Assembly: GCF_006345805.1 (NCBI RefSeq)
Contig: NC_043006.1
Span: 81,344,001-81,408,000 of the forward strand
From: Octopus sinensis
Taxonomy: Eukaryota
DNA length: 64,000 nt
Direction: 5' to 3'
In this document: positions 28,897 to 40,660 of the stretch, piece by piece
How positions within the stretch are numbered: the stretch's first letter is position 1
Layout: each line of letters opens with the position of its first letter
The notes under the pieces: model-generated
Seen by the model: the letters and a program-made list of their open reading frames with translations, nothing else
Told to the model about the DNA's origin: nothing
Database searches by the model: none
Translations under genes and position numbers: made by a program

Positions 28897-31800
28897 ACGC
28901 ACATATATGCATACACACATGCATACACACGCACGAACACAACACACACGCAGTTGCATATCTATGTATGTATTTATGTATAATGTATGCATGTGCCCAC
29001 ACGTGTCTGCGCGCATAGGTACACCATAATCTATACTCACGAGGGCGAGGGTCGATTCATATGAAAAAGAAAGTGAATAAAAAGAAATACTTATAGATAA
29101 TATTGAGAAGTGGTTTGAACGTCTTTCAATGACGGCAGTTTAATCAAACGTACTGTAGCTCATTGTAGGATATAAATAGTATGACCATTTGCTTATCGAG
29201 AAATTTGTAAGTTCGACTTTAAAAAAAATTTTATATAAGTATCATCATTATAGGTATACACCGGTAAAATTAAGTAATCAACTCATAAATAAACGAAACC
29301 CTCGAAACCGATACTGTACACACGTTCGCTCGCTCGCACGCACTCGCACACACACATACACACACACAGAGTCGTATATCTATGTATGGTATTTACGTAT
29401 GTTTGAAGATAATCAAACCAAATTTTCATCATTTCTAGCTACTCACCCAATGTGGATTTCTGCCAAATTTGGTGAAAATTCGTTCAGCCGTTCTCCAGGA
29501 ATTTCGCAGACACACAGACAAACAAACAAGTGATTATAATACCTTACTTTTGCTTACGCGCGAAAGGTAATTAAATGTTTTACTAAAGAATACAACGCAT
29601 CGCCTGTCTAGGAATCGAAATTACTATCTTGCAATAGCAAGGGAAATACATTAACTATTTGGCCAAGCACCATCATCACCTATGTGTGTACATATCATTG
29701 TGTGTCTGCATATGTATGTATATATGTATGTATACGTGAAGATGCACGCACACATATATATGCATACATGCGCATACACATACACTGACACACACATGAT
29801 ATTACTCTTTAGATTAACTAACTTGTAATGTACTTTTTTCGTAGAAGAAGGCTGCCTTATAGAAGGGTTCTCTGGGTGAGCTGAAGTTTGTAATTGCTCA
29901 ACAATGCTCACCAGGTTGCGTAAATATGTCTACGTGTATGTGTGTGCGTGTGCGTCTCTGCGTGTATGTGTGTGCGCGTGTATATGTTTGCTTTGGTTGT
30001 TATTGGTAGAAGAATCTTCAGTTTATCGCCAAATAAATCAGACTTCCACACGGTGACTCCCGAATTGGCAAAGGATTATGAATTTCCAGTATCGTGGGTT
30101 AGTGTGCCATAGAATACAAAGAACAGGTGCGGCACCTTTATCTGTTTAATGCCGCTAATTTGCTTAAACATTAAGTTTAATACTCATAGCTTTATTAAAT
30201 AAACATTTGTAATCAAGTGCCACCACAACTGTAAATTCTTCCTGGAAATCTTACAACTGGATAATTCTTACTTTAATTTGTCATTTGTGAGAATAGAATT
30301 TGTTAACATATATTGAAATTTGAAAAACTGCAGACCTTTTAGATGTGCACTGTCTTAAACTGGCATAAAACTGCACGCGCGTAATAAGAAAAAGATCTAA
30401 TCAAATTGTATCTAACAGCACATTCGGAAATACAAAGTCATCAGTCGTATAATGCTGAAGCAATCTCTCCGAAACGAATTTTACCTCCATTATACGAAGC
30501 TTAGATGCAATTCTTTAGTTAAGTGGTAGCAAATTTTGACAATGTTATTTCAATCAGATACTTTCCATCAAATGCATAAAAAATTTCCGATTATATTTGG
30601 AAATTGAAAGCACCTGCTGAGAATTTCAATATCATATGAAGCATTCCCGAATGATGCTGCCCGTACAGAAATTGTGATTAAACGATTTCGATGATGTAGC
30701 GAAGAGTATAATCTCATTCAAAAATCGTTAAGTAATTCGGAAATTATTTAAGTCATAGATCAGACTACAGTAGCAAATCTCACGACAGCTGTAAGTTCTT
30801 CCTAGAAATCTTACAACTGGATAATTCTTACTTTAATTTGTCAGTTGTGAGGATAGAATTTGTTAACATATATTGAAATTTGAAAAATCCATCATATGTA
30901 AATATATATATATTCATTGTGTTACAAACTTGGAATCAAATTGACTTACAGGCTTGGATATTCAAAGATTTTACGGATTAATTTTCGATATCTTAGCAGT
31001 TTGCATTTCGTGATTTCTTTTAGATTTCTTATTTTAATTTCTAATTTATTTAAATTCCATTATTGCTGCCTCAAAGTATTCTGTTTTTACACTTTTAAAA
31101 CTATATTTCCTAATGCCTATAACATGCTTGGTCTTCCCTTTCATCCAATTTGAACTAACATTTTCGGGTCTGAATAGTCCTTATTGAAATAAAATCACTT
31201 TGAAATATCCTAAGGATTTCGGAGAAAAAGTTTTTTTCTCTCTAACCAAATGAACCTAATTTGAAGGCTGATAATCTCACTTGGTAATTATGAAATTACC
31301 CTAAGTCTCTTACGGTACCTAATTATAATTGTCCTAACCCGAATACAGTAATACCAACGCCCCCCCCCCCCAGTACTTTATTCCCAATGCATTCTCTTAA
31401 ACCTATAAACTTTGATTTTATGAAGTATGTTATATTTCTTATATTTTCTTTCTGTTCAGTCGTTATGCTGATAACAGATATAGTTACTTTGTGATCTCTC
31501 ATTCAAGCTTCTCTTCAGTTTCTAAATTTAGAAATGAATGTTATACTTATTCTTTTTCTTTCGAGCCATAGAACTCACAATCCTGGTTTACCAAATTCTA
31601 TAACGTATAAGAGACCGAGATTACAACAATCTCATTGAAAAGGATGCCTGTTCATTGCAGGACTCAAGGAAAGCAATTTTGTGAAGAGGAGGAAATGAAT
31701 TGCATCGACTCTAGTACTTAACTAGTGATTTATTTTATCGACCTCGAAGTAATGAAAAGCAAAGGAGACTCGATGAGATTTGATTACGACGTAACAAGTC

Positions 31801-32186
31801 GGGAAAATGCCGTTAAGCATTTTATTCGACGTGCTAACGATTCTGCCGGTACATTATTGCTCCAAATTTATGAAAAGCTTCGGTTCCAAGAAATATAGAC
31901 TGGGCAAGAGATATATACGTTAGCATAGGTCAAAATATGCAAAATAAATTAGTGTTGAAATAAAAGAGAAAAATGGGCCCTGAAACAGAGACATGAAAAC
32001 ACAAGGGTAGAGATAAAATATTAACAAAATAGCTATACACTGGGTTAGTTCGTTTTGCACTAGAATGACCTACACATTGCCCCAAATATACAACACCCTC
32101 GCCTGCTATAACCTTGGCATATAGTTTGGCTGGGGAATATGTGGACAACTACATCGTATATTTCGTGGCTGTCTGATCCTATATCG

Positions 32187-32443
32187 TGGCACTCCGTCAG
32201 TTATGACGACGAGGGTTCCAGTTGATCCGATCAACGGAACAGCCTGCTCGTGAAAGAGGAAGGAAGAGTGAGAGAAAGTTGTGGATAAAGAGTACAGCAG
32301 GGTGCGCCACCACACCCTGCCGGAGCTTCGTGGAGCTTTATGTGTTTTCGTTCCATAAACACTCACCACACCAGGTCTGGGAATTGAAACCACGATCCTA
32401 CGACCGCGAGTCCACTGCCCTAACCACTGGGTCATTGCGCCTC
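32187..32443 (-). mobile_element. SINE family B, internally deleted
   Basis: Homologous to 25889-26254. Confidence 0.8.
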
Positions 32444-32565
32444 AACGCATATATATATATACATTAGCGTCGTATTTATTACGTTCTCTATTTTCCAGTA
32501 AATATCGGTGCTTCGTGTGCCATATATTTACTTATATATATATATATATATAATATATATATATA

Positions 32566-32885
32566 AGAAATTCAATATTTCATTTTGATAATCAGTGAAT
32601 AGACTTAACTGAGTTTACATATATACAGATGCGAAGCCCAGACAAATATCACCAACCGACCGGTGTCTGCTACTCTAGGCCGATGAAGGACAATGATCCT
32701 GAAACACGGTGTCCCTAGATGCAGTTCCGGCGGTTCGGGGTGTTTGTCTCCCCTTCGTATATGTATATAAGGACACAGGGAAAAAATGTGTCGAAGCTGT
32801 CAGGAGGCGTTCGATGCCTCCTAGGGCTATACAACGGTGGTGTACCCCCTACTGTCACGTTCTTGTTAGATTGACAGTATACTAC

Positions 32886-32890
<5 letters not shown>
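32566..32890 (+). mobile_element. Short non-coding HHR-bearing element (PLE-derived/retrozyme-like) between (TA)n arrays
   Basis: GC-richer island with HHR, long stem 32641-32748 and hairpin AGGAGGC/GCCTCCT near 32802-32822. Confidence 0.6.
32674..32719 (+). ncRNA. Type I hammerhead ribozyme with extended stem I
   Basis: TCTAGG-CCGATGA-AGGA(caatga)TCCT-GAAAC-ACGGT-GTC-CCTAGA; canonical GUC site. Confidence 0.85.
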
Positions 32891-32924
<34 letters not shown>

Positions 32925-32926
<2 letters not shown>

Positions 32927-33822
32927 GGGTGTGTGTGATTGTGTATAGAAGAATATATTAATAAAAAGAATTCCAACCTTGTCTGATTTTCACGTTTTAT
33001 TTACAATCTTATAATGATATATTATAAGAGAAATATATTATAATTGAATAAAATAAAATGAAATAGTAGAATGTTAATATTCATTCTGATTGAACTAGTA
33101 CTTTCATGCATTGAATTCTGCAATCTTCGGGTTCATGTAGTAGTGTTGACAGTCATGCTTCACAATTTTTGACTGTAGCAAGATGATTGATTCTGTGCTA
33201 TAAATACAGCTGGGTAGGCTCCAGAGTGCTAGGTTTTGCAAACAGTATTCTGACCAATCAGTGTGTAGTATCACTCAATTACTTAAGCTGATTGGTTGGT
33301 TGAGCTGATTGGTTTAGGCGTCACGCTTTGTTGGACATGTCAAGAGTCCTGTATCTTGACCCTGGCCGAAGCAGCAATTGTTGGGTTATTTTTAGAAATG
33401 TTGTAAATATCCTTTGTCAGAGATTTTTATATTTTTATATTTCAATTGTCATCATCATCATTGTCAGCACCTTAATTATTGTTGCTAGTGGTGGTATGGT
33501 TATGGCATAGAACTTTTAACCCTAAATAAGATAATTTTCCTGCTATCTTCGTCTTGATCACCTTTAGTATTGTTGTTGTTGTTAGTGGTCATGGTCGTAG
33601 CAGTGGAAGTAATACCTCTAAGTATTATTATTATTATTATTGCTTATTTAGCTTGGGTTCGAATTTATCATAAAATTCTTTTCTCTGATTTTCCTCTCGA
33701 TTTCACTTGGGCTGTGTAATTTGTAGAATGGAAATATTATATATATTTTTTCCGACCACATGTTGCTAGGTGGTTACTCAAAGGTATCTGACGGACCTCT
33801 GGGTCTCTAATCTGTTGCCGGT
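32925..33822 (-). mobile_element. 5'-truncated copy of the same Neptune-type PLE (GIY-YIG tail + pLTR)
   Basis: Near-identical reverse complement of 54428-55292 plus 51016-51050; (TA)n on both sides. Confidence 0.93.
33091..33135 (-). ncRNA. Minimal hammerhead ribozyme in inverted PLE fragment
   Basis: Reverse complement of 55115-55159. Confidence 0.7.
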
Positions 33823-33915
33823 ATATATACATATATACTATATATATATATATACATATAGTAGCCACACACACATATATATTACATAATATATATATAT
33901 ATTATGTATGTGTGT

Positions 33916-33956
<41 letters not shown>

Positions 33957-34030
33957 TTATAAAATTCGTGAGTAAGGCCGAACAATGCGAAATAAATCCA
34001 TAAATATGAATTAATGGTCACTTACCCTGC

Positions 34031-34072
34031 ATTCAATGTTTCATGGTTATGACCCCCGCCCTCTTCAAGAAT
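34031..34072 (-). ncRNA. Degenerate hammerhead-like motif, inverted pLTR copy
   Basis: Minus strand ATTC-TTGAAGA-...-GAAAC-ATT-GAAT (stem I ATTC/GAAT). Confidence 0.4.
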
Positions 34073-34439
34073 TAGCGAATGTTGCAAATATCGCCTTCCT
34101 CAGGAATTAGCGAACGTTGCAGATGTACATATATATATGAATATGTGGGGATTAGACACATGCAGAAAGTTGTTGTTATAGCAACCAGCTAGCTTCATAT
34201 AACTCTCTTCTGTAGTTGATAGTCGGCTTCCGTTGGCGTATTTTTGTGGCTTCAGAGATTCTAAGGTTGCCTCTGTTGCACTGTGAACTCTCGGGTCTGG
34301 CATTTTCGTAGATGTTTCTTCATGAAAATGTCTGTCTGCATGTATTCTTTTATATGTATGTGCAGTTTCTTTTTGTACTTTCTATATAGGATGCACATAG
34401 GTAGCTACCAACCATCTTTAGCCAAGCTACAGCACATAA

Positions 34440-34953
34440 AAAAAAACATCAGGGTCTATAAACCCCAGAAGAACTCATACTGCCCAGTCCGGCTGTGCTT
34501 TGTAAACCTACCATATTTTGATGACAGGACTACTACTGCGATACAAAATGCAGTCCGCAGGGAGACACTCGACATACAGATAATACACACCGGTCCATCC
34601 CTGAGAAAAGTTCTGGCTACGAACAACACATTTCACAACATCGATGAGTGCACATTATCAAATTGCCCATCAAGGACACAAAAATGTGCCAGGAAGCCTA
34701 TGTTGTATACGAGTTCAGCTACATAGGAAGCACAACAAGAAAACTACACATACGCATAAAAGTACACATGCAGACAGACACCTCTGGTAAGAAACATCTG
34801 CGGCAATGCCAGACCCGAGAGTTCAGAGTGCACATCAGGGCAACACAGCACAACATATTCAACCTTAGAATGTGCGAAGCCAAATTAATACACCAATGGA
34901 AGCCGACTATCAACAACAGAAGAGACTTATATGAAGCTTGCTTGTTATTATAA
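34440..34953 (+). pseudogene. PLE RT-thumb/GIY-YIG endonuclease remnant
   Basis: LPYFDD...GPSLRKVL...CTLSNCP; frameshifted AYVVYEF-SYIGSTTRKLHIRIKVH...EAKLIHQWKPTINNR. Confidence 0.8.
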
Positions 34954-34963
34954 CAACAACATT

Positions 34964-35292
34964 TTTTAAAGACTCCGCCGGTTACGACGACGAGTGTCCC
35001 AGCTGATACGATCAACGGAACAGCTTGCTCGTGAAATTAACGTGCAAATGGCTGAGCATTCCACAGACACGTGTACCCTTAACGTAGTTCTCGGGGATAA
35101 TCAGCGTGACACAGAGAGTGACAAGGCTGACCCTTTGAAATACAAGTACAACTCATTTTTGCCAGCTGAGTGGACTGGAGCAACGTGAAATAAAGTGTCT
35201 TGCTCAAGGACACAACGCGTCGCCGGGAATCGAACTCACAACCTTACGATCATGAGCCGAATGCCCTAACCACTAAGCCACGCGCCCTCACC
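34964..35292 (-). mobile_element. SINE family B inserted in the PLE remnant
   Basis: tRNA-like head at 35290; TSD AACAACAACATT 34952-34963/35293-35304; absent from the inverted copy. Confidence 0.88.
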
Positions 35293-35391
35293 AACAACAA
35301 CATTATGCTCATGTCTACTCCCCACATTAATACATATACATCAGCAATATTCGCTAATTCCTGACGAAGGTTAAATTTGCAACGTTCGCTA

Positions 35392-35429
35392 ATGCTTGAA
35401 GAGTGGGTCGTAACCCAGAAATATTGAAT
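35392..35429 (+). ncRNA. Degenerate hammerhead-like motif in pLTR of second PLE
   Basis: TTGAAGA-G-TGGGT(cgta)ACCCA-GAAAT-ATT-GAAT; a second CTGACGA core upstream at 35361. Confidence 0.4.
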
Positions 35430-35714
35430 GCAATGTAAGTCCCCATTAACCCATGTGCCTTTTTTCTTGTGATTTGCCTTGGATTATTTCGCATTGTTCC
35501 GGTCTTACCCACGAATCTTATATAATATATTCCACACAATGCTTTATACTAACTATTCCAATTAGCATTGAAATAATTTTCTTTAGCCCTTATTTATAAG
35601 TTGTTTATAATTTTAACCGTAAAGGTATTTTAATATGCTGCCACAGTTTTTGCTGGATTTTTTTTCTGTAAAAAAAACTTCATCCTATATAGTAGTAGTA
35701 GTAGTAGTATATAT

Positions 35715-35756
<42 letters not shown>

Positions 35757-35759
<3 letters not shown>

Positions 35760-36060
35760 CAAAGGGGCAAGAACGCAAAACATCCGGACAACTAGGTCAT
35801 AAAAAAAGGAACACCAAAAACATCCAGATAGACGATACAAAAAACACAAGGAAGGGTCACTCGAAGCTTTTTATTCTCAGTCAAGAACCAGATCATCCTC
35901 ACGATTTCGGCTGATTAATCTGGCCAGCACCAAGGAAAAACTAAACTAGGAGCATTACATTCGTTGGAAGAAAGCACTGAATGTATACAAAAACAAGGAC
36001 GGATATTCAGACAATGTTACACAAATATAAATACAATACAATTAATAACAGGACATAAAA
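35757..36060. repeat. Dispersed repeat following (TA)n (family of 19365-19760)
   Basis: Homologous to 19365-19760. Confidence 0.65.
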
Positions 36061-36920
36061 ACTGGTGTCTTTCGACTGGGGACGAATTGAATTCAGCTGG
36101 CGCGTGTGGAAATGAAGTCATACGGCAGAGATGCAAAAATTTCACAAACACACGGAAGAATATCGATGTTGCACGGACCGCAGTCAGTCCCAGAAAGAGC
36201 GAGCAGTCTGGCCGATCGGTCATGTGGGATGAGAAGATAAAGAAAAGTAGAAGCAGAGGAACAAAAGAATTAAGGAGGGGTAAGAGAAGATAGAGAGTTG
36301 TAAAAGCAGATGGACAGAAGAATTAAGGAGGGGCGAGAAAATATGACAGGGACATAGTGAAGTGAAAAGTGATGGGAAAGTGAGTAAGAAGGGAAGGCAA
36401 AGAAATATGAGAGAGGGAGAACGAAAGAACGAAGAGTGAAATGAACGAAAAAGCGTGAAAGGGTTGATAGGAACAGAATCGTACAAAATTTTGTAAAATA
36501 TGTACATACATACATACATATCTATGTGTGTATAATTAATTCAGGACCCTATAGAATCTCAGTATTTCAGTGGAGACACCAAGATAGAGTTACGAATAGC
36601 TTACCGGGTATCAACAGTGTATATGGATACTCACGTACTTCCTAGAGTATATGCGGATTTGTCCTTTCAGTTATGTATGTATTCACATGTGCAGACCAAA
36701 TAATCACAACGTCTATATAAATTCATGCAAGGGTATTCTCCGACATGCAGTCCACAGTTCACTTTAGGCTCAAGATCTAACGAGAGGAAAGCTCCGATTT
36801 TGGTGTATATTTTAATTCACATGAAGAAAATGGGTATTTTACTTGATGCTACTGATTTACCATCAATAAGAAACACATCTGAAACAGATGTAGTGAACCT
36901 CAGCCCACTTATATTTATAT

Positions 36921-36976
<56 letters not shown>

Positions 36977-37049
36977 GTCTCTCCCTCTTTCTCTTTCTGT
37001 CTCTCTCTCTCAGTCTCCTATAATATATATATATATATATATATATAAG

Positions 37050-37113
<64 letters not shown>

Positions 37114-37126
37114 GATAGATAGTTAG

Positions 37127-37175
<49 letters not shown>

Positions 37176-38214
37176 TAAACATACATATATATATTTGGAT
37201 AGCCGCCAATACACGAGTATAATATATATGGACACACAGAAACACCCCCCACTCGCAAATGCACAAACACACACACACACATATATATATGTGTGTGTTT
37301 GTTTGTTTGTGTATTTGCGAACGTTGTGTTATTCATACAACATTAATACAAAACGAAATTGATATTGGATTTTCACGGTTAAGGTGATTTATTATTGATT
37401 TTGTAACATAAGTCCATTTCTTTTAACACGTTGAAATTACATCAATAAGGAGACACGGTTTAAAATAATGAACCACATAAAGCAATTTCATTTTACAGTT
37501 CAATGTGTTAGACATGGCCCTGTGTTCATTTCTCGATTACGTTGTATCAAGTTCGCACCTACACGGCGGCACCTCTCTCACTAATCTTCTACTATACGTC
37601 TCAAGTCATCAAATGTCATTGTTGAAACTTTGTTAATTGAAACTGATCGAAAGTTGACTGGAACAACAGATTTTGTCCTTAGTTTGAAGACTTAATCTGT
37701 CGCCCCGTATACGATAATCCCCTGGTACGAGAGCGCTTTTTGCAGTATCCATTTGTTATGAACACTTAGGACGTTTCCATTTTCCCATTCTACACATCAG
37801 TCATAAGAGGAATGAAATAAGCACAACGCTTCATTCCTCCTCCTCCTCCTCTTTCTTCTTACACACACTGATATATTTACACACACACACACACACAAAT
37901 GTATAGATAGATTATATTATGTAAATTATTATTCTATATAAATAATGAATTGGTAAATAAAAGACGGGTACAACATAATATACAGGACCATATAATCGTT
38001 CACAAAAGACACATGAATATACTGGAAACATAGTTTGCATACTCAAATACAAACGTAAACACATCGCAGTTTTGAGCACATACCACAGAATGATAGAATG
38101 GAATAGACAGGCAAGACCAGAGAGAAGAGGAGACACGAGGGACAGAATGTTGTTGTAAAGGTCACCAGAATATGAGATGAAAAAACTGGCAAACTAATAA
38201 TGATTTTAAATTTT

Positions 38215-38415
38215 AGGATAAGGCCAGCAATTTTGGGGGAAGAGACACATCGATAACATCGACCCCATTACTCAACTGGTACTTATTCTATCGACACCGA
38301 AAAGATAAAAGACAAAGTCGACCTCGGCAGAATTTTAACTGAGAATGTGAAGACGGACGAAATGCTGTTAAGCATTTCGCCCAGCATGCTAATGATATCC
38401 TCAGTTCGCCGCCTA
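38215..38415 (-). mobile_element. SINE family C
   Basis: Reverse complement homolog of 12104-12320. Confidence 0.7.
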
Positions 38416-38766
38416 ACAAGTAAACTTGTTAGCCTAATGAGAAGTTCAAATAAATAATACGTGTGTTTATTGGCAAAATATGACCGTCCCTAAATATAAC
38501 AATATTATTATATTATATTATATTTTTAGCCAGTATAGGAAGGATGATTCTTATGAATGATTGCATAGCCTCCGAGTCAAGTATTAGGAAACATGATGAA
38601 GGAAACCACCACTTATGGATTGCTGGTTGTTTGTACTTAGTATTGGAGTTGTTATTTAGACCCATGTCATAAATAGTTGAGTAGAATAATAACCAAAAGT
38701 ATTCCAGCTGTCATTATACCCTGCATTACGGGTATCCAGAAATATATGATTGGATATAAATATATG

Positions 38767-38796
<30 letters not shown>

Positions 38797-38799
<3 letters not shown>

Positions 38800-39120
38800 C
38801 GGGAAAGTTTACGAAAATAAACAAAAGACGAAGGCAGGTAGAGTACAAATAAACAAATGTATTAGTATAGTGCTCAGGAATAGAAATAGAAAAAGTCTTT
38901 TACGTTTCGAGCCTACGCTCTTCGACAGAAAGATACACAGAAAAAAACAAGGAGAGAAAAAAATGCGTGTAGGAGCTAACGATCTATCATGGCGTCCTGA
39001 TTTCGGACAGTGGTCAGACGCGAGAAGGACAGTAGGGGAGATAACAGGGTCAAGTGAATGCCAATACGAAGGTGCCCCCAACACAAAGATGCGTGTGAAA
39101 GAGGACTGGTGGTCTGGACG
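38797..39120 (-). mobile_element. HHR-like element (longer copy of the 15185 family) at (TA)n
   Basis: AACGGGAAAGTTTACGAAAATAAACAAAAGACGAAGGCAGG... shared with 15185; continues into a GT/GA-rich low-complexity tract. Confidence 0.7.
38896..38933 (-). ncRNA. Hammerhead-like motif (core CTGTCGA)
   Basis: Minus strand TCTTT-CTGTCGA-A-GAGC(gtag)GCTC-GAAAC-GTA-AAAGA; same family as 15282. Confidence 0.55.
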
Positions 39121-39650
39121 TGTGTGTGTATGTGTGGGTGTGGAGATGTGGGGATGGGTGTGTGGGTGGTGTGTTGTGATGTGACATGTGTATGTATGTG
39201 TAGGTGTAAAGATGTGGGGATGGGTGTGTGGGCGGTGTGCTGTGGGTGGTGTGTTGTGATGTGATGTTGTGGGGAGGTGGGGAGGCGAGAGTGTGGAAAG
39301 CACAGGTGGGGTGTAGGTTCGGCTGGGGGTTGGGGTAGGTAGAGGGTGGGGTTAGAGGTGAGGTATGTGGGGGAGGGTGGGATAGGGGTGAGGTGTGTAG
39401 GGGAGAGTGGGGGATAGAGTGGGGGAAGAGGTGGGAAGGATAGGGAAGGTGGAGTAGGGGTGTGTGGGTTTATAGGAGAGGGGAAGGTGGGTATATGAGG
39501 AGAGAGAGGAGGAGAGGAGAGGAGAGAAGAGAGGGGAAGGGGGATGGGGAGAGTGAGAGGGGGAAAGAAGAGAGGGGAGGGGAGGGGATGTATGTATGTA
39601 TATGTGTGTGTGTGTGTGTGTCTGTAATATATGGGGATACGAGAGCATTT

Positions 39651-39905
39651 GTTAGTCTCACGAGACCACGGATCTGTACCTGGAAAAGGCTTCTCTTGGC
39701 ATCTACTGTAAAAGCCTGCTTTTGAGTGGCTTACATATGCAGCGCTTACATATGAAGGCACTGTTCGCTAGTCCTATCCTAGTACTGCGTTCTCATCGAA
39801 TTTGCTTTTCTTTCTGAGCAATTTACAGTCTCTCTTCTCGTCTTTTTAAACACTCGCATAGTCTCCAACTGCTGCGACAGCGATCGACACTAATGGCCTC
39901 CAATT
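39651..39905 (-). mobile_element. Decayed RTE-like LINE 3' end
   Basis: Minus strand DR..SWR...REERL...KEKQIR...AFICKRC...SRL..., ending TCCGTGGTCTCGTGAGAC; several stops. Confidence 0.5.
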
Positions 39906-40367
39906 TTTTAGCGTTAATGCAAACAAACTTCCTGTCTTTCGCAGAGGTGTTTCAAACAAAGATGGAATTGTTTTCAGATTCTCTTCCTGAGGTGTTAACG
40001 AATATATATGAAATGACACAAATCTAGATTATATTAACACATAATTCATCTACGAAAAGATGAAATGCTTATATTTTTATAGAATTTTAATTTGTGTTAT
40101 TTCACATACATTAGCTAACACCATTTTGCTTTATGGATATATAAACAGAATATACAATACTATACTTCCTGAGCGCCAACACCAGGATCAGCTATAAACA
40201 ATTACCACTATTCTCTTCTCTCTTATATGCGACGTTCCGATATAAAATCTCCTGATATCAACATACGTCACTGTGAAGAACTACTAGGAAGGACTAAGAA
40301 GACTCGTCTCTTTATTACTTGTGACTTCAGAGTATGCACTTTTAGAATGTTTATCTATCCAATAGTG

Positions 40368-40660
40368 AAAGCTCATGGCTCCGTGGCTAGGACGTCGATC
40401 TCACAAGGTGAGGAGTTCGATTCCTGGAAGCGGGATGTGTGTAGCGTTCTTGAGCAAGACACTTTACTTCATCTTACTCCAGTTCCATCACCTGTAGAAA
40501 TGAGTTGCGATGTCACAGATGCCAGGCCTTTGTCTTTCCCTTAGACAACATCGGTGGCATGGAGAAGAGAGGTTGGTATGCTTGAATGACTGCTGGTCTT
40601 CCAGAAAATAACCTTGATCGCACAGACTTGGTATACGAGACTTTACCACATCCCCCATAT
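40368..40660 (+). mobile_element. tRNA-derived SINE (family B-related)
   Basis: GCTCATGGCTCCGTGGCTAGG...GAGTTCGATTCCTGG; homologous to 11211-11540. Confidence 0.72.

Larger units (their letters stand above)
33958..35522 (+). mobile_element. Decayed second PLE family with inverted pLTR (long inverted terminal repeats)
   Basis: 33958-34400 is the reverse complement of about 34700-35522 (minus the SINE); internal GIY-YIG remnant. Confidence 0.8.

Noticed and set aside
30130-30890. Decayed leucine-rich-repeat/TLR pseudogene
   Set aside because: Only short LRR-like words (LEILQLDN, KLQT); many stops and no consistent periodicity.
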